From NCBI GenBank assembly GCA_016190755.1, contig JACPPY010000047.1, forward strand, positions 13,752-77,751: a stretch of 64,000 bases of DNA, written 5' to 3'. Source of the stretch: Chloroflexota bacterium (GTDB lineage Bacteria; Chloroflexota; Dehalococcoidia; JACPPY01). Positions 9,213-18,345 of this stretch are shown piece after piece; position 1 is the stretch's first letter, and each line of letters starts with the position of its first letter. Under the pieces are notes generated by a model that worked only from the letters and a program-made list of their open reading frames with translations, ran no database searches and was not told where the DNA came from. The position numbers and the translations under genes are program-made.

Positions 9213-10377
9213 ACTCAAAGAGCTAGTCCAAGCGGTACTGCCCGAGAGCCGGAACAAGTGGGCGCTCGAATGGAAAAAGGAGAAGGGGAACGTAGTCGGC
9301 GTACTTACTTCCCATGTTCCTGAAGAGGTAATTTATGCTTCCGGGATGTTACCTTTCGGCGTCAGTGGTTCCTGGGAGGCCAGCACCCCCTTTGCCAGCA
9401 TACATCGGCCCAGCATGTCCTGCCGCTATTGTATCCATGTCCTCGAAGCTATTTTGAACGGAGAACTGGATTTCCTTAATGGTTTGGTCAGCATTCCATA
9501 TGATGACGATTTTAAGACGCTGTGGTACCTGATAGACTATCTCGGGAAACCCGGAAGACCCTACATGGGCACGTTTAACCATATCATGTATCTACCCCAC
9601 GTGAATTCCGAAACCACCTTCCCGATGTGGCTGACTTCAGTCCATGAATTGAAAGACCATCTGCAACGCGCCGCTGACCGCCAGATCAGCGACGATTCGC
9701 TGCGCAAGGCCAATGAAACCTATAACACCACGCGTACCCTGCTCAAAAAAGTTTACGAACTAAGAAAGAGGGAAATTCCCGCCATTACCGGGGCAGAGGT
9801 ATTGGGCCTAGTTACGGCCTCAAGAGTGATGCCCAGGGATTTGTTTAACCGGAGTCTGACTGAACTCCTTCCTTACCTGGAGGACCGCAAGGCACCTCTC
9901 AAGAAAGCCCACCCACGCGTTCTGGTCTCCAGCGATTTCCTGGATAACCCGGCTTATATTGACATGATCGAAAATACAGGCTGCGTAGTGGCGATGGACG
10001 ACCTGGACCTAGGTTCGCGCTACATCTGGAACAACATCGACACGGCCATCAAGGACCCGTGGGAGGCTGTCGCCCGGCGCTACCTGGATGTTACCAGCCC
10101 CTTCATGGTCAATTGGAAGAAGTATGCAGACCAACTGATAGGATGGGTGCGCGAATACAGAATAGACGGAGTGATTGACTTCCGCCAGTTGTATTCTTAC
10201 CCACGGGAATACATGTCCACATATGTTGTGCAGCGCCTCAAGGAAGCCGGCATTCCGTACACCTTCGTACGCAGGGATTATCATCTTTCCGGGGTGGGCA
10301 TGTTGACCACCAGGGTCGAAGCTTTCGTGGAAATGCTTCAGGGCACGTTGTCCAACAAACGAACCAGCCCTCACTAA
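9202..10377 (+). CDS. 2-hydroxyacyl-CoA dehydratase / benzoyl-CoA reductase family subunit (HgdB/BcrC-like)
   Basis: VPEEVIYASG, DDLDLGSRY, TRVEAFVEM; start reassigned to ATG 9202, overlapping the upstream stop. Confidence 0.85.
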   Translation: MENKLKELVQAVLPESRNKWALEWKKEKGNVVGVLTSHVPEEVIYASGMLPFGVSGSWEASTPFASIHRPSMSCRYCIHVLEAILNGELDFLNGLVSIPYDDDFKTLWYLIDYLGKPGRPYMGTFNHIMYLPHVNSETTFPMWLTSVHELKDHLQRAADRQISDDSLRKANETYNTTRTLLKKVYELRKREIPAITGAEVLGLVTASRVMPRDLFNRSLTELLPYLEDRKAPLKKAHPRVLVSSDFLDNPAYIDMIENTGCVVAMDDLDLGSRYIWNNIDTAIKDPWEAVARRYLDVTSPFMVNWKKYADQLIGWVREYRIDGVIDFRQLYSYPREYMSTYVVQRLKEAGIPYTFVRRDYHLSGVGMLTTRVEAFVEMLQGTLSNKRTSPH

Positions 10378-10395
10378 AGCGTTTAGTGAGGGCTG
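10365..10395. terminator. Bidirectional terminator-like hairpin between convergent genes
   Basis: CAGCCCTCACTAAA-GCG-TTTAGTGAGGGCTG, perfect 14-bp stem. Confidence 0.7.
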
Positions 10396-10419
10396 TCTTC
10401 TCAAAAAGGAGCTGGTTTT

Positions 10420-12090
10420 TCACTTCTTTACTGTGATCGTCTTGAGCCAGTGTCTGTCGTCCTTATCAGGATAGTCCTCTCTATAATGGCTGCCCCGGCT
10501 TTCCTTCCTTTCAAGGGCGGACGAGGACACCATCTCGGCAACATCCAGCATATTGGGTACGGCCAGGACCTTGAACAACTCATCCTTGTGCTTCAGCGAC
10601 AAACGTGGAAGCGCCTCGGCTCTCAGACGCCTCAGCCCGGATAGGCAGCCTTCCAGGCCTTTTTGGTTTCTGACCGTGAGACAGTTGTTCCACATGAGGT
10701 CCTTGATTTTGGTTTCGATTTCCGTAGCTGCTACATCACTCTGGTTCCTAATCTGTTTATCGAACGTATGGCAATCTGCATCGACTTGTTTCTTATCTAC
10801 GGCCAGGCCTGCGAAGTTCCTGGCCCGCTCGGCGGCGTATTTGCCAGCCCTGGCACCGAAGACCTGGCAGCCAGCCAGCATATTGCCGCCAAGCCTATCG
10901 GCCCCATGAGGTCCCGCGGCTGTCTCGACGGTAGCAAAAAGTCCCGGGACGGTGGTCTCGGCTCTTTCGTTGATCCTCAGCCCGCCGTTGAAAGCGTGTG
11001 CTCCGGGGCTGACCTGGATCGGCTTTTCCAGTATATTGCTGCCAAAAGCCTTCATAGTGTTCAGAGCGGTCTCCATGCCATTATAGGGGCCGCCCCTGGT
11101 CGCGATCACCGATCTTTTCAAGTCCTCTTCGGTAAGGCGAGTAAAATCCATGTAGACGGGTCCCCGGCCTTCTGTTATCTCTTTGTATACCGCAATATCA
11201 ATGAACCTCCCCTTGTCCCTGGTGCTGAATGGGCCGTGATGTGACCTGTCGAAGAAACACTGCGCGGCGGTCACTTCCTTGGGCACATATTTGGGTAAGA
11301 ACCTCTCTCTCGAGTCGTTGTAGACATCCGGGCCAAGGAGGCCGAGCACCACGTGCCAGCCCCTTATCATCATCTGAATGAACTCCATGTTGGTGAGCTC
11401 CGCCCCGGCACGGTATCCCAGAGCATAGCCGTCACCCGTAATATCCGCTGGATAGCGATTTGAATGGAATATGGCGGCGGCACCGCCGGTCGCCAGGACG
11501 GTAGATTTCGCCTTGAAAACAATGTATTTGCCTTCCTTGTCGATGCACAGTGCACCGACACAGGCTCTGTCTCGCGCCAGAAGATCCAGCGCCATGACCT
11601 TTTCGACGACTCTGATATCCCTCTTCTCAATCTGTTTCTTGAGCACCGCCACAATGCTTGGGGCTATGCCCATATCGGAAGTCTTGATAAGCCGCGGGCG
11701 GGCTGAAAAGCAGGCCCGTATTTGGTGGTATTTATCTCCGTCCTTGATTATGGTATTCAGTCCCCATTTTTCCAGGTCGTGCAGCCTGTCAAGGGTTTCG
11801 TAGGCAATGATGCGGGCGAGTTTCTCGTCTGCCATGCCTTCGCCAGCCTGAAGGATCTCTTTAAGCTCCTCCTCCGGGCTATCGTTCGGGTCGGTATCCC
11901 CTTTGGGCACGTTGAATCCCCCGTTCCAACCTGGAAGGCAACTGGCGCCCCCTTTCCCGAAAGCGCCCTTCATGACCATGGTGACGGAGGCGCCATTATC
12001 AAAAGCTTCCAGTGCGGACCGGCAACCGGCTCCACCACCACCGATTATGAGGACATCCGTCTCAATAGTATCTAACGCTGTTTTCGCCAT
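10420..12090 (-). CDS. FAD-dependent oxidoreductase, succinate dehydrogenase/fumarate reductase/L-aspartate oxidase flavoprotein family
   Basis: GGGGAG, LATGG, TGDG, HGADRLGGN, ESRGSHYREDYP; no Fe-S or anchor subunit adjacent. Confidence 0.88.
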   Translation of the reverse strand: MAKTALDTIETDVLIIGGGGAGCRSALEAFDNGASVTMVMKGAFGKGGASCLPGWNGGFNVPKGDTDPNDSPEEELKEILQAGEGMADEKLARIIAYETLDRLHDLEKWGLNTIIKDGDKYHQIRACFSARPRLIKTSDMGIAPSIVAVLKKQIEKRDIRVVEKVMALDLLARDRACVGALCIDKEGKYIVFKAKSTVLATGGAAAIFHSNRYPADITGDGYALGYRAGAELTNMEFIQMMIRGWHVVLGLLGPDVYNDSRERFLPKYVPKEVTAAQCFFDRSHHGPFSTRDKGRFIDIAVYKEITEGRGPVYMDFTRLTEEDLKRSVIATRGGPYNGMETALNTMKAFGSNILEKPIQVSPGAHAFNGGLRINERAETTVPGLFATVETAAGPHGADRLGGNMLAGCQVFGARAGKYAAERARNFAGLAVDKKQVDADCHTFDKQIRNQSDVAATEIETKIKDLMWNNCLTVRNQKGLEGCLSGLRRLRAEALPRLSLKHKDELFKVLAVPNMLDVAEMVSSSALERKESRGSHYREDYPDKDDRHWLKTITVKK

Positions 12091-12153
12091 ATTTGCCTTC
12101 CCTTTCTCGTTCCCTATTCGTTAGCCATAGAAGGGAATCCCCCGGCAAGTTGT

Positions 12154-13296
12154 CTAGCCGGCTTTACCCGTCAGCTTCATCTCCGCCGCGATAAGGTCCT
12201 CCAGGAATTCCGAGTCCCCCAGGTTTGATTCGGCGGCCATCGCACGGCGCGTGTACATCTGCAGGACGTGCTCTTTGAGAAAAGCTGCCGCTGCGTGTAC
12301 CTGGTGCCCCTCCCAGGCTATCCTGCGACAGGCTGTATTGGCATAAAACTTGGCCATGGCCACGTCTTTGGCACAGGGGAGGCCTTCGCTTAGTTTCCAG
12401 GCTGCCGCCCAGGTTATTATGCGGCATCCTTCCAGGTCTTTCGCCATATCTGTGCATTTGTATTGGACTGCCTGGAAAGCGCCAATCGGTCTGCCAAACT
12501 GAATGCGCTGCTTGGCGTACTCCAGGGTCACTTCCAGTGATTTTTGAGCGCCGCCCACCATCTCGGCGGACTGGACTACCATACCCGGCTGCAATGCCTT
12601 GACTAGGGGCGTCTTATCGCGACCGAGGTCGCATAACAGGTTTTGCGCAGGTGCCTTCACTCGGGAGAAGATGACCTCGCAAAGCCGATACCCTCCCATG
12701 GCCTTGAGCTGAGTTATCTTGATTCCCGGGCTTTTGGCGTCGACCAGGAATAATCCCAGCCTACCGGCGGACTTGCCCTTAACCTGTGCTATGCAGAGGA
12801 AGAAGTCCGCTACATGTCCATAGGGAACAAACATCTTGGTTCCGGTGATGATGTAATAACCGCCCTGCAACGAGGCCTTGGTGGCCATGGCGCTGAGGTC
12901 CCATCCGGTATCTGGCTCAATGAGCGCAAGCGAGAAAATAGTCTTACCGCTGGCTATCCCGGGCAATAGCCTAGCCTTGTCCTGCTCGGAGACGCAGCTA
13001 AGCAACATTTGGCCGCAAGTAGCAACGGAAGACAGATTGGGCGATGGCAGGGCAGCATAGCCGGTCTCCTCTGCCAGGACCACCATGTCCAGTATGTTAC
13101 CTCCAGACCCACCATATTTTTCAGGAATGCCGAGGCCGAGCCACCCCAGCGAGGCCATTTCGCTCCATAGCTCTGAGGAATATCCCTGTTCGCTCTCTTC
13201 CAGCCGCCCTACAAGGCTTGCCGGGCATTTTTGAGATAGCAAATCTCTCGCGCTCTTTTTGAGCATCTCATGTTCTTCGCTCAGGCCCAGATTCAT
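12154..13296 (-). CDS. Acyl-CoA dehydrogenase family protein (probable beta subunit of a heterotetrameric ACAD)
   Basis: PEKYGG, GTKMFV, RIQFGRPIGAFQA. Confidence 0.88.
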   Translation of the reverse strand: MNLGLSEEHEMLKKSARDLLSQKCPASLVGRLEESEQGYSSELWSEMASLGWLGLGIPEKYGGSGGNILDMVVLAEETGYAALPSPNLSSVATCGQMLLSCVSEQDKARLLPGIASGKTIFSLALIEPDTGWDLSAMATKASLQGGYYIITGTKMFVPYGHVADFFLCIAQVKGKSAGRLGLFLVDAKSPGIKITQLKAMGGYRLCEVIFSRVKAPAQNLLCDLGRDKTPLVKALQPGMVVQSAEMVGGAQKSLEVTLEYAKQRIQFGRPIGAFQAVQYKCTDMAKDLEGCRIITWAAAWKLSEGLPCAKDVAMAKFYANTACRRIAWEGHQVHAAAAFLKEHVLQMYTRRAMAAESNLGDSEFLEDLIAAEMKLTGKAG

Positions 13297-13336
13297 GGAT
13301 GTAGCTCCTTCTCTAAAGTTAGACGGCTTGCGGACT

Positions 13337-14515
13337 CTAGCCCCGAGGCAGACCCAATCCGCGGACCGCCATGAGATTTTTCATTATTTCCGGGGTAGCC
13401 GCGGCGGACAGGCCAAAACTGCGCATGAACAGGTGTTCTATCCTGCCGTTCATCGGCGCGCCTTTCGAGCCGGGTTCTAGCTGGCCGTAAACACCGAGGA
13501 TCTCCATCGCCCTCTCAACGAATCTGCGCTGCCACTCTTTAGCTCCCAGGTTCAGGGCGCTAGCCTGAGTGCTCGGCACGATTTTCTGGCTGCTGAGCCA
13601 GAATACCCGCCAAGCAAGCAGAGAAAGGACTTCAAGCTCCGTAGCCATTTCAACCAGTTTGTGTCTCACGAATGGGTTTTCACAAAGGGCTTTGCCGCCG
13701 CGCCTGGCATCGCGGCAAAACTGTACAAAATCGTCAAAATCCCGCCGGCGTGCACCGGCGACCCTGAGGCCGCTGGTAGACCTTTCGAAGGTCAGTATCG
13801 TGGCCAGGTTGTTCCAGCCGTCATTCTCGGCGCCGATGAGGTTCTGGCGCGGGATCCTGACATTATCGAAGAAGATTTCGTCCAGGTGGCTCAGTCCATC
13901 GATGGTATTCAGAGGCCGGACGGTGACCCCCGGGCTATGAAGGTCACAGAGCATCAGGCTGATGCCTCTATACTTGTTGGCCTCCAGGTCTGTTCTGGCG
14001 GCGACGACGGTCATATCGTTGCGGCGGGCCCAGCTCTGATAGGTCTTCTGCCCGTTCACCACGTAATAGTCACCATCCCGCACCGCCCGTGTTTTCAGGG
14101 ATGACAGGTCAGAGCCGACTTCAGGCTCGCTAAATGCCTGGCCGACGCGGATTTCCCCTTTTGCGATGAGCGGCAGTATCCTCCGCTTCTGTTCCTCAGT
14201 TCCGAAATGCATCAGTCCGGGGCCGACGAAGTATATTCCGGCATGAACGACCGAATGAAATGCCGCCCGGTGGTAGTAAACTTCCTCACCGAAGATGGCC
14301 TGGTCGATCAAGCTGCGGCCACCGCCGCCGTACTCGGTGGGCCATCCTATGCAAAGCCACCCCCTTTCGGCCAGCTTTTTGGCGAAGGTCAGGGAAAACT
14401 GCCATGCCTCATCGCCGTCATCTTCATCGCTGATGTCTTTCGGCAGTTCTCTTTCGATGAAAGAGGCGACCTCTTTCCTGAACGCCTTCTGCTCCTCCGT
14501 GAAATTCAAATCCAT
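13337..14515 (-). CDS. Acyl-CoA dehydrogenase family protein (probable alpha subunit)
   Basis: WPTEYGGGG, FSEPEVGSDL, NGQK, FFDNVRIP, TFER. Confidence 0.9.
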   Translation of the reverse strand: MDLNFTEEQKAFRKEVASFIERELPKDISDEDDGDEAWQFSLTFAKKLAERGWLCIGWPTEYGGGGRSLIDQAIFGEEVYYHRAAFHSVVHAGIYFVGPGLMHFGTEEQKRRILPLIAKGEIRVGQAFSEPEVGSDLSSLKTRAVRDGDYYVVNGQKTYQSWARRNDMTVVAARTDLEANKYRGISLMLCDLHSPGVTVRPLNTIDGLSHLDEIFFDNVRIPRQNLIGAENDGWNNLATILTFERSTSGLRVAGARRRDFDDFVQFCRDARRGGKALCENPFVRHKLVEMATELEVLSLLAWRVFWLSSQKIVPSTQASALNLGAKEWQRRFVERAMEILGVYGQLEPGSKGAPMNGRIEHLFMRSFGLSAAATPEIMKNLMAVRGLGLPRG

Positions 14516-14596
14516 ACGAACACTCCTGGGGCTATTTTGCCCTCAAAAATTGCACCTAAGCCCGAGCGGGTATGAGAGTCACCTTTTGGTCTCAGT

Positions 14597-15844
14597 TTAG
14601 CTGAGAACCTTGGAGTTAACCAGTTCTACCAACTCGGCATCGGACATGCCCAGTATTTCGGTGATGATGCGATTGTTATCCTGGCCTATCAGTGGGCCAT
14701 GGCGTATCTCACAGGGAGTCTCGGACAGGATGAAGGGCCAGGCCGGAGCCAGGAACCTGCCGATGAGGGGATGGTTGACCTCGCGGTAGACCCCTCTCTG
14801 TTTGACCTGCGGGTCAATGGTCATGATCTCGTTGATTCGTTGCACCTTGCCAGCGGGGACGCCCTTGCTCTGCAAGCGGTCCATGACTTCTTGCGGCGGG
14901 TAGTTCAAGGTCCATTCCTCGACCTTCTTTTCGAGCTCGTCCTCGTTTTTCTTGCGCGATTCCAGTGTTGCGAAGGCGGCTTCCCTGGTCCAGGCCGGAT
15001 TCCCCAGGACTTCGCAAAAAGCCCGCCATTCTTCATCGCTGAAGACTGCGATAGTACACCACTGATCATCCCCTTTGCAGCGGAAGGCGCCGTGCGGGGA
15101 CGCATACGGATGACGGTTCCCTATCCTCTCCTGGGGTCTCCCGTTGGCAGTTAAATCCAGCAGCGAGGCTCCGAGGATATGCACCATCGGTTCGAGTTGC
15201 GTGGCATCGATGCACTGCCCTTTGCCAGTGCGGGCTTTATACCTCAACGCCGCGAGACATGCAATGGTCAGAAACAACGAGCCAAGTACGTCTGCAGGGA
15301 CATTCCATCCGGGGAACAGCGGCTCTTTGCCTGGATAGCCGGTCAAAAAGGTAACTCCGGAGATGGCCGATGTGTGAAAGCCCCAACCGCGGACCTTTTT
15401 GCCCGGCCCCTCCTGTCCGGCAACACTGCCGTTCACCATGATGATATCCGGTTTCAGCTTTTTGAGGTCTTCATAGCCCAGCCCCAGTTTCTCCATCGCC
15501 CCGGGGCGCTGGTTCTGGACCACGATATCCGCCCAGACGGCCAGCCTTTTAAAGATGTCGACGCCCCGAGGCTGGCTCAGGTCCAGTGTCAGACTCATCT
15601 TTCCCGTGTTGAAGTGCGTGAACCCGGGGGCATTGTCCAGCGGCGGCAGACCTTTTACCTGGGGCTGAAGCTGACGCAGAACGTCAGGCGTCTCGGTTGA
15701 TTCTATCTTGATGACCTGGGCGCCGAAATCGCTCAGGCACCGCGTGGCCGCTGGGGCAAATTGGGCAATACCCCATTCGAGGACCTTCAAGCCTTTAAGG
15801 GCGGGTACTTTTTGCTGTGCCAACTTGTTTTCCTCACGACTCAA
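14597..15844 (-). CDS. Class III (CaiB/BaiF) CoA-transferase
   Basis: LKGLKVLE, GAQVIKIE, NTGKMSLTLDL, GKGQCID, PHGAFRC. Confidence 0.9.
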   Translation of the reverse strand: MSREENKLAQQKVPALKGLKVLEWGIAQFAPAATRCLSDFGAQVIKIESTETPDVLRQLQPQVKGLPPLDNAPGFTHFNTGKMSLTLDLSQPRGVDIFKRLAVWADIVVQNQRPGAMEKLGLGYEDLKKLKPDIIMVNGSVAGQEGPGKKVRGWGFHTSAISGVTFLTGYPGKEPLFPGWNVPADVLGSLFLTIACLAALRYKARTGKGQCIDATQLEPMVHILGASLLDLTANGRPQERIGNRHPYASPHGAFRCKGDDQWCTIAVFSDEEWRAFCEVLGNPAWTREAAFATLESRKKNEDELEKKVEEWTLNYPPQEVMDRLQSKGVPAGKVQRINEIMTIDPQVKQRGVYREVNHPLIGRFLAPAWPFILSETPCEIRHGPLIGQDNNRIITEILGMSDAELVELVNSKVLS

Positions 15845-15846
15845 AA

Positions 15847-17079
15847 CTAAATAATACCGCTACACTGATATCTGGCTAGCTCCTGTTCCGCAAGGCCAAG
15901 CTCTCCGCAGTAGACCTCTTTGTTGTGCTCGCCGATTCGCGGAGCGCGGCGTTTAGGAATATCGTCCTGTACCTCGCTGGACTTGAACAGATGGCCCGGG
16001 AACTTGATGGACGTGGATAGCTCCGGATGCTCGACATCGACGAAAAAGTTGCGGAACGCCAGCGGCTCATAATTAAGAACGTCCTGGATATCCTTCACCG
16101 CCCTCAGCATCACGCCCCTTTTGGCGGCCTTTTCCTCTAACTCCTTCTTGGTGTACCGCCCCGTGAGGCTAAGTATCTGGTTCGTGATCCCCTTCAGGAC
16201 CTCATCAGAGGCCGCGGGTGCATGGAACGTGTCCAGGTTGAGCCTATCCAGCACCCCTTCTATGCCCTCATCATGTATCCACTGTGCAAGGGCCTTGAGG
16301 TCTCTCCTGCCAACCCGCCCGGTATCGACGTAGAAGACCACGAAACCGTCGCGGCAAGGGTAGATGAGCCGGGTGCGTAGATCTTCACGCACCTGCATGT
16401 TCCCGGCGCGGTTCGGGACGGTGTGCAGGAACTCCCACCGGTAGGCCCACATGTTGTTCTCGCGCACGATGCTGTCATGCATGGAAACATCGACGTGCTG
16501 GCCCTTGCCTGAAATCATCTCACGGTTGTAGTTGGCGATGAGTGTCCCCAGGGCGGCATTCGTTCCGGCCTGATAATAGGCATGGTCAGGGTTGAGGCGC
16601 AGAGGCGGCTTGCCAGGGTCTCCGCAGAGCGCCATCATGCCTCCGGTGGCCATGGCCACCAGGTCGGATGACTTGTAATGCTTGTAGGGCCCGGTCTGCC
16701 CAAAGGGAGTTATCGAGGTCAGGATTATGCCGGGATTGATAGCACTCAGGGCTTGATAGCCAAGGCCGATGCTGTCCATGTACCCGACAGGGTACGTTTC
16801 AATGACGATATCGGTATTTTTGACCAGCCTTTCAAAAATCCTCCGGCCCTCTGGAGGGTCTATCTTCAAGGTAATCCCCTTTTTGCCGACATTATAGGCA
16901 AACCAGTAGAGGCTTTTTTCAGGGTCCGGGCTGTCCTTAAAGAATGGCCCGAATTTGCGTGCAGCGTCACCACCAGGCTCTTCTACCTTGACGACATCGG
17001 CCCCCAACCGGGCCAGCAAATAGCCGCAAAAACTACCCGTCGCATTGGCGAGGTCCAGAACGCGCAGACCTGAAAGCAC
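15847..17079 (-). CDS. Class III CoA-transferase (partner subunit)
   Basis: LSGLRVLDL, GADVVKVE, NVGKKGITL, TPFGQTGPY; GTG start at 17079 after AAGGAG. Confidence 0.88.
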   Translation of the reverse strand: MLSGLRVLDLANATGSFCGYLLARLGADVVKVEEPGGDAARKFGPFFKDSPDPEKSLYWFAYNVGKKGITLKIDPPEGRRIFERLVKNTDIVIETYPVGYMDSIGLGYQALSAINPGIILTSITPFGQTGPYKHYKSSDLVAMATGGMMALCGDPGKPPLRLNPDHAYYQAGTNAALGTLIANYNREMISGKGQHVDVSMHDSIVRENNMWAYRWEFLHTVPNRAGNMQVREDLRTRLIYPCRDGFVVFYVDTGRVGRRDLKALAQWIHDEGIEGVLDRLNLDTFHAPAASDEVLKGITNQILSLTGRYTKKELEEKAAKRGVMLRAVKDIQDVLNYEPLAFRNFFVDVEHPELSTSIKFPGHLFKSSEVQDDIPKRRAPRIGEHNKEVYCGELGLAEQELARYQCSGII

Positions 17080-17113
17080 TTGTCGCTCCTTGAACTGAAA
17101 AATAGTTTGAGGC

Positions 17114-18316
17114 TCAAAGCCTGTCGAAAATGATGGAATCCTTGCGGAGCCTGCGGATTCTTTCGTCGTCGTAGCCCAGGCCCTTGAGGATCTCCTCGCT
17201 GTTCTCACCAGGCACGGGCGCCAGGCTTCTGACGCATCCCGGGGTATCGGACAATTTGATCGCTATGCCGACCTGTTTAACCTTGTTCTTGTTGGGCCCT
17301 TCCAGTTCCACGATCATCCTCCGGTGCAGAACATGTGGGTCGGCGATAACGTCATCCAGCGATGATACCTTGGCTACGGCGACATCCTTATCCTTCAGGA
17401 ATTCGAACCACTCATCCCGGGTACGGGTGAGAAATATACTTCTGAACTCTGCGAGCACCTTCTGCCATTTCTCATCCGGAGCGGAATATAAATGGCCGAT
17501 CTCAAATCCTAGAGAAACTAGATCTTCGCGGCCCAACGCCCGGCAGAGGTTCCCCCATAGTCCATGCTCGACGCAAGCGAAGCTGATGTACTTGTGGTCA
17601 CTGGTCTCATAGACATGATAGTAGGGGTACGCCCCCGCACCCATCATTTTGCCACGTTTGGGCAGTATGCCCTCTCGGAAGTAATGCGTCGTCCTTTGAG
17701 CCAGGAGAGAGATAACGGTATCAAGGTATGAAATATCGATGTACTGGCCCTTCCCAGTCTTGTTCCGGGCGACAACGGCAGCCAGTATTCCAACGGCAGC
17801 ATGCATCGCCGCCCCGGCGTAATCTCCCACGAAGTTCAAGGGTATCACCGGTGCGCCGTCAGGCTCGCCGATCAGGTCCAGTACCCCGGCAAAAGAAAGA
17901 AAGTTGACATCGTGTCCCGGCAGATCGCGGTAAGGCCCATCCTGGCCGTACCCCGTCATGGAGCAATAGATAATGGAAGGGTTTATTTTCACGATGGCCG
18001 GATAATCAATCCCGAGCCGCTTGGCCACCCCCGGCCTGAACGGCTCGACGATGACATCCGCCCTCTTGGCAAGCTCGTAAAAAATGGCGCGTCCTTCCTG
18101 GCTTTTCAGGTTGAGGCCGAGGCTTTTCTTGTTGCGGTTCTGGGAGTCGTAGTCGGCCCTTCTTCTTGCCTCTTTGCCCTGGACCGGCGCCCGGGCGCCA
18201 ATCCTCCCCTCAATGTTGATCACCTCCGCTCCCAGGTCTGATAAGAGCCATGTGGCAAAGCCACCGGGGTATCCGGCGGACAGGTCAATTATTTTGAGTC
18301 CCTCTAACGCTAACAG
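17114..18316 (-). CDS. Class III CoA-transferase (alpha-methylacyl-CoA racemase-like)
   Basis: NRNKKS, FRPGV, TGYGQDGPY, GHDVN. Frame extends past the track start to LALEGLKIIDL; probable CTG start at 18316. Confidence 0.85.
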   Translation of the reverse strand: MLALEGLKIIDLSAGYPGGFATWLLSDLGAEVINIEGRIGARAPVQGKEARRRADYDSQNRNKKSLGLNLKSQEGRAIFYELAKRADVIVEPFRPGVAKRLGIDYPAIVKINPSIIYCSMTGYGQDGPYRDLPGHDVNFLSFAGVLDLIGEPDGAPVIPLNFVGDYAGAAMHAAVGILAAVVARNKTGKGQYIDISYLDTVISLLAQRTTHYFREGILPKRGKMMGAGAYPYYHVYETSDHKYISFACVEHGLWGNLCRALGREDLVSLGFEIGHLYSAPDEKWQKVLAEFRSIFLTRTRDEWFEFLKDKDVAVAKVSSLDDVIADPHVLHRRMIVELEGPNKNKVKQVGIAIKLSDTPGCVRSLAPVPGENSEEILKGLGYDDERIRRLRKDSIIFDRL

Positions 18317-18345
18317 ATGGAGCCTCCCTCGTTAGGACCAGATCT

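Noticed and set aside
7878..10377. Calling a complete benzoyl-CoA reductase
   Set aside because: No ATP-binding subunits or dienoyl-CoA pathway genes in the window.
10420..12090. Naming this gene sdhA/frdA/nadB
   Set aside because: Lacks the covalent-FAD His motif and QFHP, and has no partner subunits; only a family-level call is supported.
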